From the human T2T-CHM13v2.0 reference genome, Homo sapiens, in NCBI RefSeq assembly GCF_009914755.1, contig NC_060931.1: a stretch of 64,000 nucleotides of DNA; one strand, written 5' to 3'. Positions 1-13,879 of this stretch are shown here, in pieces; the stretch's first letter is position 1, and each line of letters opens with the position of its first letter. The notes beneath the pieces are model-generated. The model was not told the origin of the DNA. It did no database searches and saw only the letters and a list, made by a program, of their open reading frames with translations. The position numbers and the translations under genes were made by a program.

Positions 1-1322
1 GAGAGAGAGAGACTGACCTCGTTGGCTTTTATCTACACATTTTATGCACTTCTCTGTCTTTATGCTTTTGTTTTATTTAGTTTTTGTCTGACGAGAGTCC
101 CTCCAGCCCCCACTACCATCCCACAGATTTCTTTCTCAGGACTTTGTTCTCCAATGGTCATATTGTGAAAATATAAATTTTACTGTGTTCTTTTAACACA
201 AGTCTTTAATCCATACAGGTGGAGTGAAACACTGTTTAGAAATTTGAAAGTAAAACTGCCAACTAAAAATTAAATATTATTACTATTTTAATTTCTCACA
301 TTTGAATCCATCTTTTCTTCAAATGAAGGTGTTTTAAATTTTTAATTTTAGTGCCACTGTTCTGTCAGAAAGAGAAAAGATAAAATCACGTATGTGCTTT
401 TTTCAAAATCCCAATTTTCTTTTAAGTCAAAGTCTAAGTGAACGTAACCTGATTTTCTTTCCTAATAATTAGTTAACTAATATTTAGTTGTTATATTGTA
501 TTCTCTCCTTTATTTGCCCTATCTGTGGTCTTTTCAGATTCTCACAACTATTTGTGTGATAATGTCCCCTTTGATGCTCATGTCATACAGAGATGTCTTC
601 CATTCTGTTCTCGTTTTTTTTAAGAGTCATCCAGTCTAAGACAGTCACTAGAAAAAATATTTCTCTGAAAGAGACTTTATTTGAAACAGGTATCAAGTTG
701 ACTAAATAAATGCTTAAATATTAAATTTTCAGTATATTCTGTTTAGAGGACGTATGTATAGGTGTGGCTTTCCTTATTTTAAAAACACTGCTTAGAAAGA
801 GGACAATGCAATCAATATTTGTTATACACTATAATTTTGATGGCATATAAATACCTATTTTAGAAAGAAAATGAGTAATGAATAATCTTCATATTGGAAT
901 TTCATTCAAAAGGTGAAAATTTGTTTCATATCGATGATTCTACAATGAGTATATTTAAGTGCAATTGTTCTGCTATTAATTTGTTTACTTTTAAAACAAT
1001 GTTTCTTGTAGATGTTGGCAAAAGACAGAAGATTTGGAAAGAACACACCGATTTATATATAACAAAACAATTTAAAATATATTTTGAGCTGTCTTATGTA
1101 CAGTTTTAGTCACATATTAGATCTGGGTTACTACCAAAAACAAAACCACACAAAATAACAAGAAGCTATACTCTATTCTGAAAATAGATCATAGGCTAAG
1201 GGAATCTGTCTCTGATAAATTCTGTGTTGTAATATTACTTTCAGGGTTCCAAAGAGTAAGTGGACTCTAAAACATGTATGAGATAATGATCCCCCTCAGC
1301 TAATGTTCCATAGCATTGTTAA

Positions 1323-1365
<43 letters not shown>

Positions 1366-1384
1366 CGTGCGCGCGCATATGTAT
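1323..1384. repeat. Compound (TA)n(TG)n(CG)n microsatellite
   Basis: Unbroken purine-pyrimidine alternation: atatatatat gtgtgt...gcgcgcgcgcgtgcgcgcgc atatgtat. Confidence 0.95.
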
Positions 1385-1429
1385 CTATGTACCTGTCTGT
1401 ATTATATTAACTTATAATCACATCACTTA

Positions 1430-1595
1430 AACCAGTAAACTTTGGCTACCCACTAGAATCACTTTTCAAAATACAAATTTTGGGTCTCATCTTGGAATAA
1501 TTGAATCTAAATCACTAAATGTGGGATCCAGGCATCGGTATCTTAAAAATTCTCCATGATGATGCTAATGTAGAGCCAGAGTCAAGGACCCGTGA
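1430..1595. mobile_element. MER5-type hAT-Charlie MITE, degraded
   Basis: cactagaatcac...gaatctaaatcact...gggatccaggcatcggtatcttaaaaattctccatgatgatgctaatgtagagccagagt resembles the MER5A/B consensus. Confidence 0.65.
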
Positions 1596-4500
1596 ACAAA
1601 TAAGTAGAGAAACAACCCAGCACATTATGAAGTATGTTAGTTACTAGTTTTCTGAGGCTGCAGGATGGCAATCATTATACAATGTGAATAAACTACAGAA
1701 GAAAGGGCATATGAGTAATTTTCAGCCCTAGAATTGGTTCTCTTATTGTTCATCGCATATGCACCCCTCATAAAAAGTACCATAAATACATTCCTTCAAC
1801 AAGTGCAACAAAGGAAGCAAATTCAGAAATCATTCTCTTGTTACTTCCAATATGTGCGTATACCTTAGGCAAATGTCTAGGTCTCCATGGTGGGTTCTAA
1901 CATGACTATCCTGTGGCTTCACCCCATGGGGAGACAAAAATTTTGTTTGCAGAGAGAGTTTATTTTTACAGCAAATCAGAGAAGAGGTTTCCCTCCATAT
2001 GAATCCAGAATCTAAACCTTAGGTGGACAACAGAGGTCTACCTTGAATAGCCATGAAGAAGTTGTCTTAAATAGGAATGTTAATGCAGAATGTAGTCCCT
2101 CATTAATACAGGTTAATACAAAGATTCCTTGTATAACTAAAGGACTAAAGATCCTTTTACGCACCTTCTTCTTTATATAGCTACTTATTTCCGAATAAGT
2201 CTGGGAAATAATCAGTTATATTCTCAACCACCATTCCCTAACCTCTGCAAGACCAGAGGGTGGAACAGACAATGGAATTAATGTATCCTGGACTGTAAAA
2301 ATGTGAGAAGAGGTAATTCGAAAGGTAAAACAGTCTCATATTTAAGCAGATTCTCCTTCTTTAGCTTACTGTGAACAGTTTTACTCCCATGATCAGAGCA
2401 TGGATGTGGAAAGATCAAAAGTGAATTTTAATGAGAAAGTTTAATTCAAAGGTTTGAAATTACTTGTTTCATGAAATTACATGAAATGGGGGAATCCATA
2501 ACTAGAGAAGACAGAGAATTTTCTTTTAAAAATATTTTATGATGTATTAATGATTATTTTCTTTTTACATTAGGCTATGTTGTACTGTTTTTATAATATA
2601 TACATTTTTTATTTTTCCATAAATGTATGCCTTCCTATGATATATCTGAAAAGAAATGTTTAATTGAATGCTAACTTTTGGTCAGGGCTCTACACAATAA
2701 CTGTCAGCTTTGAGATAACTATGTGTAAGGATCTTACTTCAAGTTAGAAGATAGGGGCCCTTCAAAATTATTAAGATTTTCAGTTTTGATTTTAGCAAAA
2801 AAGAATGAGCAGATCAGTTTATTCAAACTAGATCCATAATATCACACATATGCTTTCTTCTAGATTAATTTATCATTTCAGTTCAGCACTACCTGCCTTA
2901 TATATAACTCAGCTCACTTTTAAGGAGAAATGATACTACAATTAGTTTTGGATGACCTTTATATTTTCACCAAAAATGTATTAGACATCCCTGACATGCC
3001 CCTTTTGAATCAGTTCCTATTTGTGAATGACATTGTTTGCAGATATGGGCTGTAACATTACAGAAACTGAAAATAGAGGGAAAAACTTCTGCCTTCATGG
3101 AGTTTACCTTCAGTAGGTGATTATCATCTTGAAGCCATAGTAGGGTAAAAGAGTTCTAACATTTTCCTTGATGATGACAGCTTCAAAACAAAATGTTCAT
3201 TTTTGCCTAAAAATATTTAATATTTGTTTGAGTAAATTTTTTTTATTAAATTGTTTGTAAAATGCCGTCTCTTTTAATTTGCTATCAGAGTTATAGTCAA
3301 TGTAAAACAGTAATTATTAGAGATGTATGACTTAGGTCAGATAAGTTTAGGTTACAATTTTGACTAAAGCCCATCACAAAACTCTATAAAGTAGGTAGAC
3401 TGCATTCTCAGAGGTGAAACATTTATGAGGGATAAAGAAGAGCAGAATTAGATGACTTGGTGAGTACATGAGTACATAAATTGGTTACACTGGCATAGAG
3501 AGTGGATCAGTTTCAAAGTTTATATTTAGGGCACTTGTCTTAAATTTAAATAATTTTTTTTGGCAGCTTTTGCTTTTAGATACAGTAAAAAATGTAAAAA
3601 GCTAATGTTAAACCCTAAGATGAATAGCTTCCAAAGGAGATAAGCTATTGAAATTAGAATTGATTTAAAAAATAGCTTGACCAATAGCAGATTTAGCATT
3701 AGAATGAAGAACTATTTACAGTTTTACAAATTTCGGTTGATTATTTAGGTTTTGTAGGGATTATTTTCTAATAAAATATCCAATAATATATTACTATTAA
3801 TCTAATAATAGATTATATTCTAATAATAGTTAATAGATATTATCTATATCTATTATTTATCTGCTTATGACATTTATTCTGAAGCTAAATGTGTTTGTTA
3901 TTCTGAAGACAAACATTACAATAATTATAGGAGTAGAGGAGATAAGACAGGATATATTTCCAATTTTCATATTATGTCAAATGGTTGACATATAATAAAA
4001 ATCATGCTGAATTTGCTAATAAAATTAGTGATAATGTGAGTATATTTAGATATTAGCAACTCAGAAAAGGAGATACTTTTAAAGTAAATATACCTCTAGG
4101 ACTTTCTCTTTCTACTTAATTATTGGGACTTTTCTATAGTACTTTCCTTAAACACTAATAATATTTTGTGATTCAGATGATCCCTAGGTTTCTTGGACAT
4201 ATAAGGTATGTACATTCTTGCTAGGAGTACCAACTGTTTTGTTCAGTATTAATTCAGGAACATATACATATGTCTAAGTAATTTTTGTATAAATCATATG
4301 TACATATGAACTTATTTTTTATTCTTTATTGAGGATATGGAAGCAAAACCATTTTTGGCGTACAATCTGATGCTCAGTAGGAAACTTCCCCACATTGGAA
4401 AAAATTTTCCTTCAGCACGCACCTGTGTGTGACCAAAGGAACAACTACAATTACTCCATCTTTAAAATCCAGTGTCTTAATCATTTACAAAACATGAATG

Positions 4501-5229
4501 CTCCTGACCTATTGTAATTTCCTGTAGGGAAAAACTAAGATTATACATGTGTATATATACATATATTTTTTCCTCAGTTTTAAGTCATCTCCTGATGTAT
4601 TCATTATTTGGAAAAATATTATTTAAGATTATTCACTATAACAGAGACAGAAGTTGACATCAAATCCTTATGATGGAGCTATAATTTATTATATGAGTTC
4701 AGAAAGTTCCTAAGAAAAAATTCCTCCTGATATTTGAAGATCTACACAGTAAAGGATCATCCAAATAAGAAGCAACAGTATAAATGAAGGCTGTATTTAC
4801 AAGGGCTCTGGGCTACTTTGCAAAAGTCACATTAATAATTTGTACCTTGTTTTCTGTCCCTTTTCATTTACATATCACGTTAAAAATGACCATTTTTCCC
4901 GCTTTTAATTTATAGATTAGAATTTGGATATATTTGTAGGTATTGCATTTCAAATAAAAATCCACTCATAAAGTCTTAAATGTGTACTATATATGCATAA
5001 CCTGATTTATTTCTTAACAAATGTGTTTCTAATGCTATTCTTGTAACTAAAAACCTAATATATTATTACTATATGATTTATACTGCTGATTTTAATGTAT
5101 TTTATAGACTATATAATATCAATCTAGTTCTGGTGATAATCTGTTATTTTTATGACATATTTACTAAAGTAATGTAGAAGTTATTTATTAAACATAATAG
5201 AAATACTTTTGAGAACATAATTATAATTA

Positions 5230-5395
5230 AACCTCACAACAAACTGCTAGGGGGGTTAATCCTTATTTTTCAGATAAAAACAACTGAGACTTAGAATTAG
5301 TTAAATAATCTTTCCAAGGTTACATACACAAAGGGCAAGAGTTAGATTTAAATCCAAGTTTCCTTGACTTTTAAAATTGATGACTTTCAATGCTA
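5230..5395 (-). mobile_element. MIR SINE fragment
   Basis: Core attttcagataaaaacaactgagacttagaattagttaaataatctttccaaggttacata. Confidence 0.7.
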
Positions 5396-5900
5396 TAGCA
5401 TATGGCTCTGTACTGTGTTGTATATAGGATACAAAGAAATATGACAATTGTGTGTTTTCAGGGAGCACAAAATACAGTTGAGAATTTAATTATTGAAAAA
5501 ATGTTTCTTCCATTTAAAAAGTTGCCAACTTTGTTGATTACCATGAAGCCATCTTGTTTATATAACATGTTACATTTAATTTCCGTGTGCCAGATAAAGG
5601 AATAGCATTAGATGGTATGGTCTAAAAGTTTATGATTAGGTATTGAAAACAAATTAAATAATTCATTTAAAGTAAGTGTATGCTTATTAGAGTGTCATTC
5701 AGGTTGCTGCTCAAATATAACCCTCTCAGAGGGGCTGTTTCAGCCCATACCTTCTGAAATTGCCACGTTCCAGGCAAAGAAACAACATTCAGAAATGAAT
5801 GCATAAATAAGTTTAAAATCCTGAACAAAAAGTCACTACTATAATTTTAATTTTTATGCCAATGAAAGCGTATTCATGTAGGATAAAAATAAAAAGTTTA

Positions 5901-6229
<329 letters not shown>

Positions 6230-7219
6230 AAAAATATCTGCTGCAGAAAGTATATATGGCTGCATATATTTTTTGTCACACTTGCAGTTTGTTACTTTCC
6301 TTAATGGTTGCATTTAAGCTAACTAGGATTTTATTTTCAGTATGCTCTCCTTGAATATCTTTAAAGCAGACCAAATATGGATGATTTTTCAGCTAATTCG
6401 GGTTTTGGGAAATCTTAATTTTAAAATTTATATGAAAAAATCATAATGGATTTTGCACAGATGTTCTGTTACCATAATTGATAGTTTTAAAACATTTTTG
6501 TCTTTAGAGAATTACTTTTTACTATAAGATAATAATAAAATTTGCTATTTAAATTGGTATTAAGGCAATTTTGTTCGTAATCCTTAATAGAGAAATTTCT
6601 GCATTGTACAAAATAATAAAATGCTTCCTCGGTTTTTGGACATCACTTAATGTTTATTTACTTTAAGACATAAAGTTGTTTATGCTTAATTGTCAATTTT
6701 TATAACGTTTATGTTCTTTGGTTTCTTTTATTGTGCATATGGTCTATAAAACTTGCTTTATCTGTAGACCTTACATAACAAAGAATCAGAGTTTCAATAA
6801 AATAAATATTTAATTTTAAATAAGACCTAAATTATAATTATTTTTGAAATATATAATATGTCATATTTTTAATAGTATAGTTTGTACATTTCAAAGAAAA
6901 TTTAAAAAATAGAAAAAGCAAAGAGAATGTTACCAATTATTTAATCACTTATGTAAGAATATTGTTAACATGTTAGCACTAATATAAGCCCATTATGATT
7001 TTTTTCCTTCAACTGTTTTTTATGCATAGTTTTGTGTTGTAATTGTAATTTTTTAATAGCAATACCTGAACACGTGATTTTTCTAGCACAATATTAAATT
7101 ATAATTTTTTTTGATATTTGAGCAACCATAATTTTATTAACATAATAATACCCAATGGATTTTGGCTATATCATCATTTACCTATGATTTATCCATTGAA
7201 ATTATTAAACTCTTAATTG

Positions 7220-7700
7220 AATATCTGTATGTACCAGACATTTGTTTTTGTTCCTGAAATTCTGCAAGAAAGGCCATAAATTTCCTTTTATCTTACAAAG
7301 CTTACCTTCTATGGAGTAAGACAGTCGATAAACTAATAATGCTATAATATACGTTAGATGATTATAAGGACTATAATGAAAACAATAAAACAGAATAGAA
7401 TTTGGAGGGGGATGATATGCATTTACATTATTCATGGCATGAGAAGGTTTCTATTTTTCTGGTTTTACATTTGCTGTTAGAAATGAAGAATCAAGAAAAC
7501 AAACTTAAGGCAAATGAGGGCCAAAAACAAAATAGATACACAAATATTTGATGAATAAATGAAAAAATAAATCAGTTTAGTAATTCTAAGGAATTTGGAC
7601 TTATTCTAAAGGAAATGGAAAACAACTTGAATATATTTTCTTTATTGAATAATGTCATCAATGGATAGAAACAGAATGAAGCTGGAAATAAGTAATTATT
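7220..7700 (-). mobile_element. L2 LINE fragments
   Basis: gtaccagaca...ccttctatggagtaagacag and aaggaatttggacttattctaaaggaaatggaaaac resemble the antisense L2 3' region. Confidence 0.5.
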
Positions 7701-8089
7701 AAAGTAAATTTTTTTACGGAAGAAATAAATACAAGTAACATCATGAAAATAGTAACTGAAACTAAGATAGAAAAGCAAGAACCATAAAATAAGCAAAATC
7801 TTGTTATTGATTTGAAATAGAAAGAATTATAATCATGAAATAATACTATTTTTCCAATTTTTAGAAGAATGTGATATAAGAAATCTCTTATTCCTCTGTG
7901 GATTTTATTAATACATTAATAAGATGTATCAATATGGTTCTTAAAGTTGATCTGCACTTTCATTCTTGAAATGTGATTATAGATTTATTTGTTTCAGAAG
8001 CACTAAGATTTTTTATTGTTAATATTTTCATATGTAATATGAATTTAAAATAATTTAGAACTTTTAATTCCCGTATTGTCACCATAGTT

Positions 8090-8348
8090 CATTTCTCATT
8101 CTAATTAACTTTATTTCCAATTTTGTTTTTAGTAGGCTTTAAAGGGTCTATACAGTTATTCATTTCTTTCCTTGAATGTATTGATTGCATTATCTTTCTG
8201 TTATCTAATTCAAATATTTCTGCTTTCATCTTTATTAGTTCATTTTTCTGCTTTTCTTTGGATATGTTTGTTCTTCTTTTAAATTCTGAAGATGAATAAG
8301 TAGCTCAAGTCTTTTCTTTCTGTTATTTAAAAACACCATATTAGGGTC
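8090..8348 (-). mobile_element. Old L1M ORF2 fragment, interrupted by the MST LTR and apparently resuming to about 8900
   Basis: T-rich tatttctgctttcatctttattagttcatttttctgcttttctttgg, typical of antisense L1M. Confidence 0.5.
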
Positions 8349-8780
8349 TGCTATGGTTTAGATATTGTTTGTTTGTCCCACCAAATCTCATATTGATATT
8401 TGTCCCCACTGTGGTGATATTGATAGGGAGGGCCAAGTAGCAGGCATTTGGTTCCTGGGGGAGGATCTGTTATTAATATATTAATACTCTTGCTCAGGCA
8501 TGAGTGACTTCTCACTCTGTTAGTTCTCAGGAGGCCTGGTTGTTAAATAGGGCCTGGAACCACTCCTCTCTCCAGCTTGCTTCCTCCTTGCAGTATGATC
8601 TCTGCATATGCTCTCTCTGTTTCTCATTCCACCAAGAGTGCAAGCAGCCCGAGGCCCTCACTAGATGTAGTTGCGAATAGTGAACACTTTAGCCATCAGA
8701 ATCATGAGCCAAGTAAACAATTTTTCTTTGTAAACTACCCACCCTCAGGTATTCCTTTATAGCAACACAAAACAAAGACG
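8349..8780 (+). mobile_element. MST-family MaLR solo LTR (MSTB-like)
   Basis: Starts tgctatggtttagat, ends ctcaggtattcctttatagcaacacaaaacaaagacg; near-TSD gggtc/gggta. Confidence 0.85.
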
Positions 8781-9002
8781 GGGTATAAGTTTGTGACTTC
8801 ACCTTAATGTAAACTTGTGCATTTGTCCTATAATTATTTTATCATTGTTTTCTAAGGAGTCAGTTTCATATTTTATTTATATATTAATTGATAGTTATTA
8901 AGGACATAAAACAGTTCAATATGATTCCATTCTTTTAATTGTTTCCTTTTAATTATAGAAAATGTTAATATTGACACAAAAACAGAGAATTAATACATCT
9001 AC

Positions 9003-9112
9003 ATGTCCTCAAATTCAAAAAGTATCTACTTAAGGCCAATCTTATTTTATCTATGTCCTCACATTCAAAAAGTATCTACTTAAGGCCAATCTTATTTTAT
9101 CCATATCCTCAC
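9003..9112. repeat. 50-bp tandem duplication (about 2.2 copies)
   Basis: atgtcctca(a/c)attcaaaaagtatctacttaaggccaatcttattttatc occurs at 9003 and 9053. Confidence 0.95.
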
Positions 9113-9200
9113 CCTCTACTTCTCCAAAATAATAATTATAATAAATATAAATATATAATATACATTATGTTTAATAAATAATTAAAAATTATAAAAATAA

Positions 9201-9468
<268 letters not shown>

Positions 9469-10714
9469 ACAATTATTTTTAAGTGAATTTTGGAAATCAT
9501 ATAATTTTATTTATAAATTGATAATGTTTGATGTGTTTCTAATTCTGTATTATAAGTTGTTCTTCCTCCATAAAATTTTAATTTTTACATTTAATTTTAC
9601 TGCAGAAACCAACCAGTAAGTTCTTAGAAAATTTCAATCTAGATTTTGCTGATTGCATTTCCAAGTGTCTATTAGCATATTTCTCTCTGCCCCTGTTTTT
9701 TTCCTTATAAATTGAGAGGTAGATCTGGAAGTTTGATTATAGTAAACTTCAAGCTTTTGGCAAAATCACTTTATATATAGTGGTTCATAGTTATATCTGG
9801 AGGTAAACAATCTTCCTGTCTGTCTTTATTTGTGATGCAAGTAATCATTGATGATTTTTGCCAATATCCATCATCTCATTAGGGGTTACAAAACAATGAT
9901 AGTTTAATTTAATTATTCTTCCTAGTGGTGACGATTCTACAAAAAAAATTGCTCATCAACAATTGAGTTGCCTTCAGTAATAATTTTATATAATTGATAG
10001 AAAAACATTAGATTCTCTACTTTTATTTGTCAGTTTTCAAAATACTCAGTTGGTACACTTACATCATTTAAATGTGACTGAGGATTTTTGTTGTGGTTGG
10101 TTTGTTTTTATCATTAAAAATTCATGTTTAAACATTTTTTATTTGTTAAAATGGTTGGAATTGTTGTTATTTCAGTTACATTTTAGTTCTTAATTTTATT
10201 GTGAACAGATCAGATCAATATATTGTGTTTTTGTTATTTTATTCAAGAATAGAAAACAAGAAAAATAAAGCAACATGTTTGTAAAATGAATCATAGATGG
10301 TAAGCAAGAAGATTCTGAAACATGTTAGATATAGATTAAATGAGTAGATCATTTATATGCAGACATAGACAAGAAGAGATAGAATTAACATGTATTAAAT
10401 ATTCATGAAGCATCAAATTTTTAGGACAGTTATATCACCCTTAAGTCAGTCACCCATTGGTATCACTCATCTGGCCCGATATCTTCTCTATCTGAGGTAT
10501 GTAGAAACAAGCTATGGTATTGCACAGCAAATTGTAGAAAATCTAACTACTGGTCAGGAATTTTTCCCCTGCATCTCTTCCATAAAATAAACACGTGTAT
10601 TGGTTACTGGCATCTTCATTCTTCTAAGCCACTTTGACCACATTCAATTGTTGTTTCTTATAGCCGTATTATAGCGAGGAAGGCTGATGCAGGAGAAGGT
10701 GAGATAGTGGTTCA

Positions 10715-10760
10715 GAAAGAAAGGAGGGAAGGAGGAAGGGAGAGAAGGAGGGAGGGAGAT
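10715..10760. repeat. GA-rich polypurine tract
   Basis: agaaagaaaggagggaaggaggaagggagagaaggagggagggaga. Confidence 0.85.
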
Positions 10761-10959
10761 ACTGTGGTCCTTCTATCCATGCTGCCAAGGCTGTATTAAC
10801 CTAAATTGGTTTGGTCATGTTTTAAGTGGATTCAATAAACCATGCAGTTTGGGGATCTCTAGTTCATTTTTGAGGCTTTCTATTCTGTGACTTTTAGGAT
10901 AGAGTACCGGACAGTGCACTTGACAGGTAATAGCATCACCGTGATTTCCCACTGCAAGG

Positions 10960-11187
10960 GTAGCCCAAACCCAGGGATGAATTGTGACTTTCATTTGTCC
11001 CTTTCTTCATAAATAAATAAAATAAAATGTATATTTTATGACTATACTGGTATAAATATGATTATATTATGTTAAAATATAAAAGTTCATTTTTTCTTGT
11101 TTTAAAAAAATTATTTTATGGACCCCCTAAAAGTATTGCAGGCCCTAGGCACTGTGCCTACGATATTTTATGAATATGTTAGCCCTA
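10960..11187 (-). mobile_element. hAT-type MITE (ORSL-like, tentative)
   Basis: End ccccctaaaagtattgcaggccctaggcactgtgccta...agcccta plus an AT-rich body. Confidence 0.5.
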
Positions 11188-11735
11188 CTCTAGCCTTCCT
11201 TTTTGCTATTTTTTCATACTTTTGTTTTTCTATTTTTTTAAAAGAACTTAGATTATACAAATATTAAAATAGAAAGCAAAAATTTATCCTATTTCAACAC
11301 ATGGCTATTTGTTTACAGTTATATATATACATATATATACTTACAGGTTATGTTTTCTTCTTTTTATACTGGAACACACTATACTCTATGGTTTTATACT
11401 ATGATTCCTGTTCTTTACCTTGAACTTTTCATTAACAATGTATTGTGGACATATATATTGTGGAGATAATATCTTAGAGATCAATTACAGTGGGTATCAT
11501 GTGTATTTGCAGGATTATTATAGAATATTCAGTAGTGCTATAGAGAATAAGAGGAATAAAAGAATAATGAGGAAGAGATGAAATCATAGATAGCAAACAA
11601 TTAGGTTGTGAGTTGTGTTGTCATAAAATTCAAATGAGGTGATGTCTGTTAAACCACTCATTAGACAGGAAATGCAATTTATATTTATTTCTATGTCTAA
11701 TGGTAATCTAAATTTAACAGTATAAGATTTAGGGG

Positions 11736-12059
11736 TGCTATGGTTTGAATGCATCCCTGCTGAAATTCAGATGTTGCCAAAGTGATAGTATTAAGAGGTG
11801 GGGTCTTTAAGAGGGATTAGGGCATGAGGACTCCATGTTTCTCCATTGTAAATTGGAGTAAGATCCTTATAAAAGAGGCTTCTTGTTGGTTTTGGCTATC
11901 TGTTGTCCTTCTACCTTCTGCTATATGAGGATGCAGCATGAAGGACCTCATCAGATGCAGTACCTTGATTTTGGACTTCTCAGCCTCTAATGAATTTTTG
12001 TTTTCACACATTACCCACACTCAGGTATTCTATTACAGTAGCACAAATGGGCTAACACA
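11736..12059 (+). mobile_element. MaLR solo LTR (MSTD/MLT1A-like)
   Basis: tgctatggtttgaatg...ttaagaggtggggtctttaagagg...ctcaggtattctattacagtagcacaaatgggctaacaca. Confidence 0.85.
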
Positions 12060-12189
12060 GGGGAGGTCCTTTAGATAGTCCCACAACTAGCACCAAAACC
12101 CCTGGTTAGTAACATAAGGAGACAAAGCTTTACAAAGTGTGAAAATTCTCTAGAGGTTGGTTCTAGTTGATGGCAGATTGAAAATATCA

Positions 12190-12860
12190 ACTGTGCAATG
12201 TTATTGCCAAAATTAAACACAAAGAAGCCAGCCAGTAAACAAATAGGTAATATTCATAGGCCTCTGTTCACAATGAAAATCTTAATTAGAACATACCTCT
12301 GGCAATGGTCTAATTCAGGACACTGCTATATTTTTTCTGTTACAATTATCATAGATTTTGAACTGATTTCACTTTATGACAGATATTGATCATCTAAGGT
12401 GGTTCTAGAAAAGATCCATCAGGAGTTTGGGCACAGTCTGATTCATATAAAGACAGATATCTAAAATAATTTATAATATTAGTCTCAAGGTGACAAGATT
12501 TTTAAAAGATTTGATGTAACATTGTCATAGAAGTATGAGAATACACGATCTCGAGAGTTAATGAATTCCCATCACTGGGTTTATCTAAATTTGAACTCAA
12601 TCTTGGCTACATGTTAGACAGCACAAAAGACTGAATAAAATACCAAAGGTCAACCCCATCCCAGAAAAAAAGTTAAATCAGAATTTCTATGGCTGATAGC
12701 TGGTATTTTCTTAAAATATCCCAGACATTTTAACATATATCAAGGTTGATAATCCCTAATTGAATACATGAGTTTGACCAGTGTGTAAGTGGGTAATAGA
12801 GTATTTAATAACTGGATCTATAGTCTTTCAAGCCATATTTGAATCTGAGATTTTATCATG
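12190..12860 (+). mobile_element. L3/MIR3 (CR1-type) 3' fragment with a MER5 MITE nested at about 12590-12760
   Basis: atgaattccccatcactggg...gaatctgagattttat is a CR1-type 3' end, split by cttggctacatgttaga...aaatcagaatttct...caaggttgataatc (MER5). Confidence 0.5.
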
Positions 12861-12933
12861 TAATAGTAATGCTATCCTTGTTATTTAAAATTATAATTCA
12901 CTTTCCTCATTGCCAGCCACAGTTGACACAATA

Positions 12934-13262
12934 CAGTAGTCCACTTTTTATTCACAGTTTTGCTTTATATGGTTTCAGTTACCCATAGTAAAGTACAATA
13001 AAATATTTTTTGTGAGAGAGAGAAAAAGGAGTATATTCACATAGCTTTTGTTATAGTATATTGTTATAATTATTCTATTTTATAATCAGTTATTGTCATT
13101 AATCTCTTACTGCACTTAATTTGTAAACTAAACTTTATCATAGTTATGTATGTAAAGGAAAAAAGGCATAATATATATGGGCTTTGGTACTACACTATCT
13201 GCAGTTTTGGGCATCCGCTGGGGATCTTGGAACATATCCCCTGGGGATCGAGGGGACTGGTG
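12934..13262 (+). mobile_element. MER44A (TcMar-Tigger MITE), full length
   Basis: Terminal inverted repeats cagtagtcc.../...ggggactggtg, TA on both sides, diagnostic internal aatctcttactgcacttaatttgtaaactaaactttatc. Confidence 0.9.
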
Positions 13263-13299
13263 TACATCACACACTTTTTTCACCTGCGTGCTTCACTGC

Positions 13300-13807
13300 A
13301 CCATCAACTTGCTTCCCCTCTTCTCTGGCTGGTTGCTCCTTCTTTCTCAGGATTCAATTTCTACTCTTCTTTTTTTTCTATTAGTGACAGTCACACTAAC
13401 TTTCTTAATGTTATTGAAGCATAGCAAGAGCACGCCCATGTCTGGGGCTTTAAGTTTATTCTTCCCTCCGACTCTATTTCACATAGATTTCCCTGGATAT
13501 CTTCATGGCTCCTTCCCTCAATGTCTTTAGATTTCTGCTAAAATGCTAAATTTACCGGAAAGCGTTTTCCTGATTATCTCATTTAGCACATTCTGTTCCA
13601 CTTTTTTGCTTTATTTTTCTTCATAACACATATCACCACTCTATAAGAGTTTATTTGTATATATGTTTGCTATGTCTTGTCCATTAGACTGTACATGCCA
13701 GAGTTCTATATCAAAGCAAGACTTTGTCCACTACCAAATTCATAGCATCTAGAACATTGCCTAGAATATGGCTGATACAGTGTCTGTTGAATGAAGGAAT
13801 GGATGAA
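13300..13807 (+). mobile_element. L2a 3' end
   Basis: ccattagactgta...gcatctagaacattgcctag...tgttgaatgaaggaatggatgaa terminal repeat. Confidence 0.75.
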
Positions 13808-13879
13808 GAAAAATGAAGACATGTTGTATGTTTGCTTTTTCTGTGTGGCATTTTCTAAGTAAAAATGAAAGAAAAGTAT

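Noticed and set aside
585-666. Minus-strand acceptor-like site followed by a short peptide ending ...RMEDISV-stop
   Set aside because: I do not recognise the peptide and found no upstream partner exon. It is compatible with chance.
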